NCBI GenBank assembly: GCA_037141055.1
Contig: JBAXDH010000004.1
Span: 2,443 to 66,442 of the forward strand
DNA length: 64,000 bases
Origin: a bacterium
GTDB lineage: Bacteria; Bacteroidota; Bacteroidia; Bacteroidales; FEN-979
Direction: 5' to 3'
Numbering within the stretch: the stretch's first letter is position 1; every line of letters starts with the position of its first letter. The notes under the pieces are model-generated. The model was not told the origin of the DNA. It saw only the letters and a list, made by a program, of their open reading frames with translations, and ran no database searches. The translations under genes and the position numbers were made by a program. Shown in pieces: positions 39,160-47,389 of this stretch.

Positions 39160-39948
39160 ATGAACTTCTCGTTGACGGTACTGGGCAGCAATGCGGCAAT
39201 ACCGGCAAACAACAGAAACCTAAGCGCTCATTTGCTCAATGCAAATGAGCGCTTCTTTTTAATTGACTGCGGAGAAGGAACCCAGTTTCAATTACGAAAA
39301 TTCCACATTTCCTTTCAGCGGATCAAACATATTTTCATCAGCCATTTGCACGGGGACCATTTTTTCGGACTTATCGGGCTGCTCAATTCCATGCATCTTC
39401 TGGGGCGCAAGGAGGAACTTCACCTGTATGCACCCTCCATGCTGTCTGACATTATCAGCCTGCAGATGGAGGCATCCCAGACGACACTGAAATATCCCCT
39501 GGAGTTTCATCCGCTGCTCATGGACCAGTATGATCTGATCCTGGAAAAGGAGCGGATCACAGTGCACAGTTTTCCTCTCCGTCACAGCATCCCGGCATGC
39601 GGGTTTGTTTTCCGTGAGAAAAACCCGCCGCGCAAAATTGCTGAACCACGTTCATATGCTTATTGCAGTGATACAGGTTATTCCGAAGCCATCATACCGT
39701 ATATTCAACGGGTTGGTTTGCTGTATCACGAGGCGACGTTTATGAACAACCTTGCTAACATTGCAGCGGATAAGCTCCATTCCACTGCTGCTGAAGCGGC
39801 CACCATCGCGTTGAAAGCCGGTGTTAAAAAATTGCTCATCGGCCATTTCTCAGCAAGATATGAAGATGTCGGGCCATTGGTTTCAGAGGCCCGTCTTGTT
39901 TTTCCCGAGACGTACCCGGCAGAAGAGGGTATTTCTATAAATATCTGA
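39160..39948 (+). CDS. RNase Z-like metallo-beta-lactamase fold hydrolase (short form, no exosite segment)
   Basis: LGSNAAIP, IDCGEGTQ and HLHGDH motifs, with a C-terminal GHFSARY. Only 262 aa. The GP-motif arm segment is missing between FREKNPPRKI and RSYAYCSDTG. Confidence 0.65.
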   Translation: MNFSLTVLGSNAAIPANNRNLSAHLLNANERFFLIDCGEGTQFQLRKFHISFQRIKHIFISHLHGDHFFGLIGLLNSMHLLGRKEELHLYAPSMLSDIISLQMEASQTTLKYPLEFHPLLMDQYDLILEKERITVHSFPLRHSIPACGFVFREKNPPRKIAEPRSYAYCSDTGYSEAIIPYIQRVGLLYHEATFMNNLANIAADKLHSTAAEAATIALKAGVKKLLIGHFSARYEDVGPLVSEARLVFPETYPAEEGISINI

Positions 39949-39969
39949 CGAGTCAAGTCTATTTTTTTA

Positions 39970-39977
39970 TAATTTTG
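39970..39977 (+). promoter_or_regulatory. -7 box (TAatTTTG) for the riboswitch transcript
   Basis: Matches TAnnTTTG about 10 nt before riboswitch P1. Confidence 0.55.
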
Positions 39978-39987
39978 CCGCGAATTT

Positions 39988-40168
39988 GTTGCTGGTTCAC
40001 CTTCTGAAAGTCTTCAGTCGGTGTGAAAAGGGAATCCGGTTTGAAACCGGAGCTGTTCCCGCAGCTGTAAGCTCCATAAAAGTTTTCGACCTCTTATTGT
40101 CACTATCCTGCCCCGGCAGGATGGGAAGACTTCGAATAACGGAGCAAGCCAGAAGACCTGCCATCAAC
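39988..40168 (+). promoter_or_regulatory. Cobalamin (B12) riboswitch
   Basis: Conserved core GGTGTGAAAAGGGAATCCGGTTTGAAACCGGAGCTGTTCCCGCAGCTGTAAGC. B12 box AGCCAGAAGACCTGCC at 40147-40162. P1 pairing is GTTGCTGG (39988-39995) with CCATCAAC (40161-40168). Confidence 0.85.
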
Positions 40169-40222
40169 TATTTTCGTAGCTTTCGGGAGAAAAGCGAAGA
40201 ACCATTTAACCTGAAATAAATC

Positions 40223-41302
40223 ATGAAGACCAGACTGAACACCTTTGCATGGGCTATGCTCATGGTAACTCTAATTGCCGGTTGTAAAAAAGACGGGGAA
40301 ACTCCGTATAATCCGGTGGGTCCGTACGCAAACGGGGCATTTATCATCAATGAAGGAACATTCGGGCAGGCAAATGCCTCCGTGAGCTTCTACGATTTTG
40401 GCGGCGACAGTGTGAGAAATCTGATTTTCACAAAGGCCAACAATCATGCCCTGGGGCAGTTGCTCCAGTCAATGTATCTCGTCAACGGCAAAGCCTACAT
40501 GGTATTAAACCTGTCGGATACAGTCGTGGTAACCAGCACAAGCGATTTCAGGCAGGCGGGATCCATCACCGGGTTAAGTTCACCGAGGTACATGACCTCC
40601 TATAATGGCAAAGGATACATTACCCAATGGGGTGAAAACGGGGTGGTAAAAGTGGTAGACCTGGGTTCCAATGCTGTAATCCGGACAATTACTGTCGGAA
40701 TGGGGCCTGAACAGGCGATTGTTGCCGGAGGAAATATCCTGGTGTGCAACGGGGGTGCCTATGACCACGATTCAACGGTTTCGGTCATCGATCCGGCAAT
40801 GGATAAGGTCGTTCAAACGGTACAGGTCGGTGATAACCCTAAGGAAATGGTGGTTGATAAAAACAACGACATCTGGGTGATTTGTTACGGATATATCAAA
40901 TATGATGCGTCTTTCAATATCATTCTGGAGACGCCTTCGAAGCTGGTCAGATTATCGGGACAATCGTATGAAAAGGTTGCCGATTTTATCATTTCACCCA
41001 CAGCACATCCTCAGCATATTGATATCAGCAAGGATAAATCCACGATCTATTATGGCGGCGGATTTGGTTATTCCGGGATTTATGCCATGGATATTACCGC
41101 TTCGGCTGTCCCGGCAACGCCAATCGTCGACGGCAGTAAGTTTTTCTATGGTTTCAATGTCAGTCCCTGGAACGGAGAGATATACGCGATGGATGCAACT
41201 GATTTCACGACACCCGGCATCCTTTGCCGCTATTCGGCACAGGGAAGCATGATGAAGCAGTATACGGTGGGTGTGGCGCCGAACGGGGCGCTGTTTAAAT
41301 AG
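40223..41302 (+). CDS. Surface lipoprotein, beta-propeller-like (YncE / BtuG-like candidate)
   Basis: Lipobox LIAGC. FIINEGTFGQANASVSFYD and repeated G..P..(M/I).V motifs suggest a YVTN-type propeller. Lies directly downstream of the B12 riboswitch. Confidence 0.55.
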   Translation: MKTRLNTFAWAMLMVTLIAGCKKDGETPYNPVGPYANGAFIINEGTFGQANASVSFYDFGGDSVRNLIFTKANNHALGQLLQSMYLVNGKAYMVLNLSDTVVVTSTSDFRQAGSITGLSSPRYMTSYNGKGYITQWGENGVVKVVDLGSNAVIRTITVGMGPEQAIVAGGNILVCNGGAYDHDSTVSVIDPAMDKVVQTVQVGDNPKEMVVDKNNDIWVICYGYIKYDASFNIILETPSKLVRLSGQSYEKVADFIISPTAHPQHIDISKDKSTIYYGGGFGYSGIYAMDITASAVPATPIVDGSKFFYGFNVSPWNGEIYAMDATDFTTPGILCRYSAQGSMMKQYTVGVAPNGALFK

Positions 41303-41348
41303 CGAAATAGCGAAATAGCGAAATGGCGAGATAGCGAAATTGTGAAAA
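41301..41348 (+). repeat. Tandem octamer array AGCGAAAT x5-6, overlapping the stop codon
   Basis: agcgaaat agcgaaat agcgaaat ggcgagat agcgaaat tgtgaaaa. The first unit overlaps the TAG at 41300-41302. Confidence 0.9.
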
Positions 41349-41390
41349 AAGGTTTTCGCAGGTTTTCTGATGAACCGGGAGGTCGTTTTT

Positions 41391-42374
41391 TTAAAACATT
41401 CCTTCGCTCAGTTCATTTACCGTCAGGCCGGAAAAGTAGTCGCCGATGTCGAATGGGTTAAGGGCTGTGAGAATTGCCGCGTGGTTGTGTGAAACGCCCG
41501 TCAATGCTGCTTCAATGTCTTCCGTATCAAATCTGCTGAAATAATCTCCGAAAATTTTGATATTCAGGATGATGCCATTGTGCACGTCAAGGTCAAATTC
41601 GATGGTCCCGCTTTTTTCGGTCCTTATCACTTTCCTGAAGTTGTAGTTCGGAGAGTAACCGAAATTCCAATCCCAGGTGCTGTACTTATTTCGTACAAGT
41701 TCATGAATGTTTTCATGATCCTCCGGGGAAAGTTCAACGATCCTGGCATCAGGATATTTTCCGGCAATGTGGTTCTGGATCATTTCTGCAAACTGCAGAA
41801 CATCCATGGGGCTTCTGAGGTGTTCGCTGATGTTGGTCACCCTGCTGCGAACAGATTTAACTGCTTTGTCCCGGAATTTCAGAGGATCGGCATTCAGCGC
41901 TTCTGAAAGATTTGTGATGTGCGACGAAAACAGCAGCGTGCCGTGATGCAGCACCCTGTTTTTCCATATGTGTTCAGCATTTCCTGAAAATTTCAGGCCG
42001 CCGATTGTGAGATCGTTCCGGCCTTCGAACCTGGCATCGATGCCCATTTTAAGCAGCACTTCCAGGATCGGTTCCGTGTATTTCCGAAAATCAATAAGTT
42101 TATCTTCCCTGCCTGTTTGAATGAAGGTGAAATTCAGGTTTCCAAGGTCATGAAAAACCGCACCCCCGCCGCTTAAACGGCGAACGACCGGTATGTTTTG
42201 CTGCCTGACATAATCTGCGTTGATCTCTGACAGTGAATTCTGATGTTTACCGACAATGATGCACGGCATGTTCCGCCACAGCATGAAGGAATCCTCCGGG
42301 TAGTTTTTTAACACATATTCTTCAGTGGCGAGGTTGAAGTAAGGATCGGTATTGTGCCGTTTGATGATGAGCAT
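41391..42374 (-). CDS. lplA: Lipoate-protein ligase A
   Basis: 327 aa. NTDPYFNLATEEYVL, RRLSGGGAVFHDLGN and KFSGNA motifs. Confidence 0.9.
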   Translation of the reverse strand: MLIIKRHNTDPYFNLATEEYVLKNYPEDSFMLWRNMPCIIVGKHQNSLSEINADYVRQQNIPVVRRLSGGGAVFHDLGNLNFTFIQTGREDKLIDFRKYTEPILEVLLKMGIDARFEGRNDLTIGGLKFSGNAEHIWKNRVLHHGTLLFSSHITNLSEALNADPLKFRDKAVKSVRSRVTNISEHLRSPMDVLQFAEMIQNHIAGKYPDARIVELSPEDHENIHELVRNKYSTWDWNFGYSPNYNFRKVIRTEKSGTIEFDLDVHNGIILNIKIFGDYFSRFDTEDIEAALTGVSHNHAAILTALNPFDIGDYFSGLTVNELSEGMF

Positions 42375-42421
42375 TATCCGTATTTTTGAGCAAAATTAAG
42401 TCTTTCTTGCAAATAGGTCGT

Positions 42422-42429
42422 TATCTTTG
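42422..42429 (+). promoter_or_regulatory. -7 box (TAtcTTTG) for the acyltransferase gene
   Basis: Matches TAnnTTTG. Confidence 0.5.
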
Positions 42430-42466
42430 CAGCCTTTACTGTTTTCCTGACTATTAAACCGAACCT

Positions 42467-43333
42467 ATGGATTATTTGATTTTCCTGGTATTCCGCTCAT
42501 TTGTTTTCATCTTCAGGTTTTTGCCATTTCGTTTGTTGTACGGATTTGGCGACCTTGTTTATTACATTGTTTTCTATATTCTTCCGTACAGGAAGAATGT
42601 GGTCCTGTCAAACCTCCGGAATTCTTTTCCCGGGAAATCAGAAGCAGAGGTTATCCGGATCGCGAAAGGGTTTTATCATCATTTTGCAGATATGCTGATC
42701 GAAAGCCTTAAAGCCTTTACCATGACAGAAGAGGCCGTGATGAAGCGGTATACTTTCAATCACACTGCTTCCGTGGATGAATTTTACAAAGCGGGGAAAC
42801 CGGTAATATGTGTGGCAGGTCATTACGGGAACTGGGAGTGGGCCGGCATTGCCGCTGGCAGGCAAATGCTGCATAAACCTGTGGGATTTTACAAGCCGCT
42901 TTCGAATAGATACATTGACAGCTTTATTCAGAAGACCAGGGTACGCGGGCGGTCAAGTCTTGCCTCCATCCTAAAAACCAGTGAAACGTTTAATACCGAT
43001 TACGGCGAGCCTGCTGCATTTTATATGGTTGCTGATCAAAGCCCTTCAAGTGCCAGGCTTGCCTACTGGGTCAATTTCCTGAACCAGGATACAGCCGTTT
43101 TGCACGGGCCGGAAAAATATGCCAGGGTGCATAATTTTCCTGTGTTTTTCGCAAGTATAAAAAAGATCAGGAGGGGATACTATTCAATCGACTTTAACCT
43201 GCTCGAAGCCGAACCCAATCAAACAAAAACCGGCGAGATTACCGGCCGGTTCATGAAAATGCTGGAAGATATTATTACGGAGAACCCAGAATATTACCTG
43301 TGGTCTCACCGCAGGTGGAAACTCAAACGCTAA
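42467..43333 (+). CDS. Lipid A biosynthesis (LpxL/HtrB family) lysophospholipid acyltransferase
   Basis: N-terminal TM helix, VCVAGHYGNWEW active-site region and typical length. Confidence 0.8.
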   Translation: MDYLIFLVFRSFVFIFRFLPFRLLYGFGDLVYYIVFYILPYRKNVVLSNLRNSFPGKSEAEVIRIAKGFYHHFADMLIESLKAFTMTEEAVMKRYTFNHTASVDEFYKAGKPVICVAGHYGNWEWAGIAAGRQMLHKPVGFYKPLSNRYIDSFIQKTRVRGRSSLASILKTSETFNTDYGEPAAFYMVADQSPSSARLAYWVNFLNQDTAVLHGPEKYARVHNFPVFFASIKKIRRGYYSIDFNLLEAEPNQTKTGEITGRFMKMLEDIITENPEYYLWSHRRWKLKR

Positions 43334-43378
43334 CCCGTTTCATTTGCATTTTAACGCTGCATTTTGACTTTTGAATTC

Positions 43379-45196
43379 TCACAAAAGACCACCATTGCGG
43401 TATATCGCCAGCTGCGCATCATAAAACTTATCCAGTTTCACGCTTTTCCCGTTTCTGAGGTTTGACAAAGTTCCTTCAACAAAATCCACCTTTACCTTAT
43501 CACCATGCTGTATTTCTGCAAGTGCAATGATTTCCGGTTTGCAGGTAAGGATCGGCATAGCGGCATTGATAGCGTTTCGTTCGTAGATTGCACCATACGA
43601 TTCGGCGAGAATGCAACTTATTCCAAGTGACAGGAAACAGTCAACCGCCTGTTGGCGGGAGCTGCCGGCGCCGAAATTTTTCTGAGTGATCACAATGTCA
43701 CCCGGATTTGCCTTCTTCGCAAAATCTTCAAATCCTTTCAGGTTGTCAAAGGTGTACTGTCCCATCTCTTTGATATCCGTGATCGTCAGGTAACGGTTGT
43801 GAAAAATCATGTCGGTGTCAATATCGTCTTTGGGAATGATCCATACACAGCCCTCTACCACGGTTGGTTTTTCAACTTTCACTTTTTCGTGACGTACGAC
43901 CGGTGATGCGCCAGTATTCCCTGTTGCATGAAACAGCATAGGCTCGGCAGGGATCTGGTCGGGCGTGGTGATAAATCCTGCGACTGCAGATGCGGCAACA
44001 ACAGCGGGGGAGGCCAGGTAAACAAATCCTTTGCCCTGTTTCCCTTCAAAATTTCTGTTCCCGGTGCTGATGGTCACTTCGCCCGGCCCGTTTTGACCGA
44101 CCTGGCCGGCGGCGCAACCTGCACATCCGGCATTGGAAACCATCACGCCGGCCTCTTTGAAGACCTGGATAAGCCCTTCGTCCATCGCCTGTGTCCAGAT
44201 TGCATCCGTTGAGGGAACGATTTTAAGGACCACGCCGGGCGCAACCTTGCGTCCTTTCAGAACCGAAGCCGCGGCACGCAGGTCCTCGATTCTGCCATTT
44301 GTGCAACTGCCTATGAATCCTGAATCAATTTTATTCCTGCGAACGTTTTCAATGGAGGTGTCGTCATGCGGATGGCCGGGTTTTGCTACCATTATGACAA
44401 ATTTGCCCAGGTCGATATCAAATACCTGTTCGTATGCGGCTTCCTTCCCGGCAGTAATTCCCTCATAATCCTTCCCGGTAATGACTTTCAGCTCATTCAG
44501 CAATGATTGCGATGTCGGGAAAAGAATGATGATGGCACCCATTTCCGTTCCCATTGAAGCAATGGTGATGCGCTCGGCCAGCGTGAACTTTTCGGTTTCT
44601 TCGCCATAGATTTCCACCGAATAGCCCAGGAGTTTGTTCGCACCAAAAATCGAGAGCAGGTTCAATACAATGTCTTTGGCTGTCAGGTTGGCGGGTCGTT
44701 TCCCGGTGAGGTTAATTTTTACCGATGCCGGAACCTTGAACCATACCGCACCCTTCGCCCATGCGGCAGCGATATCCTGGTCGCCCATGCCCTGCCCGAA
44801 GGCTGCGATCGCTCCCATGATATTTGCATGCGAATCGGTAGACACAAAGGTGCTTCCCGGCCATGTAAGTCCGTTGTCGATGGCAAGATGGGTGCCAATC
44901 CCAGCATCAACATCATAAATCCTGATACCGTTTTCGCGGGCATACTGCCGGCAATAATGCTGGTTTGCCGCATACTTCTGATCGGAACCGCCCGGGTTGC
45001 AGTCGAAAGTGAAGATGGTCTTCTGAGGATCGTTGACCGTCAATCCGTTGTCAACCAGGTTTTTTACAACATTGGCCCCGCCAAAGTCACGGGCGGCGCG
45101 GGTATCGATCATCACATCCACGATGTCGCCCGGCTTTACGGTTTGCTGACTTGAATGGTTCGCTATGATTTTTTCAATAATATTCATATTTTTCAA
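43379..45196 (-). CDS. Aconitase-family hydro-lyase, fused large and small (LeuC/LeuD-like) domains
   Basis: 605 aa. GSCTNGRIEDLRAAA and NAGCAGCAAG Fe-S ligand regions, with a C-terminal swivel-domain motif KNFGAGSSRQQAV. Confidence 0.8.
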   Translation of the reverse strand: MKNMNIIEKIIANHSSQQTVKPGDIVDVMIDTRAARDFGGANVVKNLVDNGLTVNDPQKTIFTFDCNPGGSDQKYAANQHYCRQYARENGIRIYDVDAGIGTHLAIDNGLTWPGSTFVSTDSHANIMGAIAAFGQGMGDQDIAAAWAKGAVWFKVPASVKINLTGKRPANLTAKDIVLNLLSIFGANKLLGYSVEIYGEETEKFTLAERITIASMGTEMGAIIILFPTSQSLLNELKVITGKDYEGITAGKEAAYEQVFDIDLGKFVIMVAKPGHPHDDTSIENVRRNKIDSGFIGSCTNGRIEDLRAAASVLKGRKVAPGVVLKIVPSTDAIWTQAMDEGLIQVFKEAGVMVSNAGCAGCAAGQVGQNGPGEVTISTGNRNFEGKQGKGFVYLASPAVVAASAVAGFITTPDQIPAEPMLFHATGNTGASPVVRHEKVKVEKPTVVEGCVWIIPKDDIDTDMIFHNRYLTITDIKEMGQYTFDNLKGFEDFAKKANPGDIVITQKNFGAGSSRQQAVDCFLSLGISCILAESYGAIYERNAINAAMPILTCKPEIIALAEIQHGDKVKVDFVEGTLSNLRNGKSVKLDKFYDAQLAIYRNGGLL

Positions 45197-45214
45197 ATTA
45201 ATTATTTAATTCAA

Positions 45215-45322
45215 GAATGCAGGCAATGCAGACAATGCAGGCAATGTATTCTGTTCATTGCTTTCATTGCTTCATTGCTTCATTGCTTGCATTCTTATCA
45301 TTGTTTTCATTGCATTCATTTG
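45215..45322. repeat. Inverted arrays of 8-9-nt units (AATGCAGnn / CATTGCTT)
   Basis: Left arm 45215-45246 is gaatgcaggcaatgcagacaatgcaggcaatg. Right arm from 45256 is cattgctttcattgcttcattgcttcattgcttgcattc. The arms are largely complementary. Confidence 0.9.
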
Positions 45323-45871
45323 CTACTTTAGTCTGTCCCTGAACGGTTCAAAGGTCATGAAATCCGCATGATGAACCACAAATGCTTCGGTTGTCCGTTT
45401 AACCATGTCACCTTCGCCTGCATGTGTGGCAATGATGTGGCAGACTTCAGCCGGTACGCCACATTGTTCAGCCAGTGAAACACCGGAGAACGGGTGCCGG
45501 AGGTATTTTCCGTACCTTCCCTGGAAGGATTTGCCGCTGGCATCTAATTCATATTCCAGCAGTTTGCCGACATCTGCCAGGATAGCCCCGGCAATCAGGA
45601 CGTCCATTTTCACAGGAAGATCCTCCTTGAAAAATTCGTTCATTTTGGTACCGGCATCCCGGGCAACATGAACCACGCACCGTTTGTGGGCCATAAAGGA
45701 GACCTTCATGTCGGGACCGGCAAGCAGGGTAAATGGAATTTTATTCAGGTCTTCAGGGGTTAAAACGCTTCTTTCGAGCGCAAGTTCCCACGTTTTTGCA
45801 ATTTTTTCGCGGAGTTCGGGATCTTCAATCCACATCAGTTCCGGCCAGAGGGTGATAATTTCTTGGGTCAT
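45323..45871 (-). CDS. HD-superfamily-like protein with a non-canonical metal motif
   Basis: The ATG at 45871 (MTQEIITLW) is preferred because the listed 5' end is a translated octamer repeat. His-rich helices are present, but ILADVGK replaces the usual HD doublet. Confidence 0.55.
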   Translation of the reverse strand: MTQEIITLWPELMWIEDPELREKIAKTWELALERSVLTPEDLNKIPFTLLAGPDMKVSFMAHKRCVVHVARDAGTKMNEFFKEDLPVKMDVLIAGAILADVGKLLEYELDASGKSFQGRYGKYLRHPFSGVSLAEQCGVPAEVCHIIATHAGEGDMVKRTTEAFVVHHADFMTFEPFRDRLK

Positions 45872-45890
45872 ACTTTCCGTTTTTGTGAAG

Positions 45891-46080
45891 GGTGACAGGG
45901 TGACAAAGTAACAAAGTGACAAGGTGACAAAGTAACAAGGTGACAAGGTGACAAAGTGACAAAGTGACAGGGTGACAGGGTGACAAAGTGATAAGGTGAC
46001 AGAGTGACAAAGTGATAAGGTGATAAAGTTCGTTTTACCTTGTTACCCTGTTACCCTGTTACCATATTTCCCTGTCACCC
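45891..46080. repeat. 17 tandem 8-nt units (GGTGACAA-type) followed by an inverted arm of 3-5 units
   Basis: 45891-46026 splits exactly into 17 octamers (ggtgacag, ggtgacaa, agtaacaa and so on). 46039-46080 reads cttgttac cctgttac cctgttac .. cctgtcac. Confidence 0.95.
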
Positions 46081-46087
46081 AAATTTT

Positions 46088-47278
46088 TTAAAGTTTAGCA
46101 ATAATTGCGTCCGCCATCTGCTGCGTGGTTGCTGCTCCTTTGCTGAATGCTTCGGGAGTCCCCGGCAGTTTAATCATGTCGTAGGTCATCACTTTTCCCT
46201 CTTCAACAACTTCTGCAACAGCTTTGGATATTCTGGCAGCCATTTCCATCTCGCCAAGGTGTTCGAGCATCATTACAGCAGAGAGGATCATGGCGGTCGG
46301 GTTTACGATCGACGGGTTGAACTCCGCATATTTCGGAGCGGAACCGTGCGTGGGTTCGAAAACAGCAATTTCGGGTCCGATGTTTGCGCTGCACGCAAAT
46401 CCGAGTCCGCCGATAAGCCCGGCAAAACCATCGGAAACGATATCGCCGAACATGTTTCCTGCAACCATCACGTGGTATGTTTCAGGGTTCTTTGTGAGCC
46501 ACATCATCTGTGCATCGATGTTTGTGTCCTGCACCTTTATCCCGGGATATTCGTTCCGAGCCATTTCCTGGGCCATTTTCAACATCATCCCCGAGGTTTC
46601 ACGGATCACATTGGGCTTTTCGCAAACGGTAACGGTGTTGAATCCGCGTGCTTTGGCATATTCAAAGGCTGCTTTCAGTATCCGTCCGGTATATTTTTTT
46701 GTAAATATGCGGGTAGAGACGGCCAGTTCCGGGCGCGGGCACCAGGCAAAATTATCCCTGAATTTCTTGTGGGTCATCAGTGCATCGTAAACCTGGTCGG
46801 AAGGATTTGACCATTCAACCCCTCCGTACAAACATTCCGTATTCTGGCGGAAGATCATCGTATCGATGATGGGTTCTTCGATAACACCGCCAAATCCGCG
46901 ACGGATGAAATTCAGCGGGTTGCCCTTGAAAGTCTTGCAGGGCCTCATGCAAATGTCGAGGTCGTATTTCTGCCTCATGGTCACAATCGGGCTGTAATAA
47001 GCAAATCCTTTTCCTTTAAGTTCGGGGGAAAGTTCAGCTTCCGTTTTATCTTTCGGTTTTGAAGTGATCGCACCGAACAGGCCGATTTTATGCTGTTCCA
47101 GTAGTTTCTGGGTCCGCTCGGGAAACGGATCGCCTTCCTTGCACCAGAATTCCCAGCCGATATCACCGTGAACGTATTCTGCATCAAAACCGGCAGCATC
47201 CAGTACGCGGATGGCCTCATCAAGGACGACTTTACCGATGCCATCACCAGGCATCGCAACGATTGTTCTTTTAGCCAT
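46088..47278 (-). CDS. Isocitrate/isopropylmalate dehydrogenase family protein (IDH-like)
   Basis: The ATG at 47278 (MAKRTIVAMPGDGIG) is preferred. NMFGDIVSDGFAGLIGGLG and EPTHGSAPKYA motifs. Confidence 0.85.
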   Translation of the reverse strand: MAKRTIVAMPGDGIGKVVLDEAIRVLDAAGFDAEYVHGDIGWEFWCKEGDPFPERTQKLLEQHKIGLFGAITSKPKDKTEAELSPELKGKGFAYYSPIVTMRQKYDLDICMRPCKTFKGNPLNFIRRGFGGVIEEPIIDTMIFRQNTECLYGGVEWSNPSDQVYDALMTHKKFRDNFAWCPRPELAVSTRIFTKKYTGRILKAAFEYAKARGFNTVTVCEKPNVIRETSGMMLKMAQEMARNEYPGIKVQDTNIDAQMMWLTKNPETYHVMVAGNMFGDIVSDGFAGLIGGLGFACSANIGPEIAVFEPTHGSAPKYAEFNPSIVNPTAMILSAVMMLEHLGEMEMAARISKAVAEVVEEGKVMTYDMIKLPGTPEAFSKGAATTQQMADAIIAKL

Positions 47279-47323
47279 AAAAGTATGAATTTGTTTGTAA
47301 AAAAAAGAGTGTGAAATTTTTAA

Positions 47324-47331
47324 CAAATATA
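47324..47331 (-). promoter_or_regulatory. -7 box (TAtaTTTG on the minus strand) for the IDH-like / HD / aconitase-like operon
   Basis: The reverse complement of caaatata, 46 nt upstream of the ATG at 47278. Confidence 0.45.
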
Positions 47332-47389
47332 CATTAAAATCACATTACCCAAAACAAGGGATGATAATTTCATGCAAATGTCAACTCGG

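Noticed and set aside
39986-40219. A 77-aa plus-strand ORF upstream of the propeller lipoprotein gene.
   Set aside because: It coincides exactly with the cobalamin riboswitch and its expression platform.
45891-46080. Possible CRISPR array.
   Set aside because: The units are 8 nt and directly abutting, with no spacers. No cas genes or leader are present.
45825-46810. ORFs with LCHLVTLS-type periodic peptides (45825..46010 on the minus strand, the first 25 codons of 45323..45946, and 46040..46810 on the plus strand).
   Set aside because: The 8-aa periodicity is simply the octamer DNA repeat read in three rotating frames. The plus-strand ORFs are antisense to the IDH-like gene.
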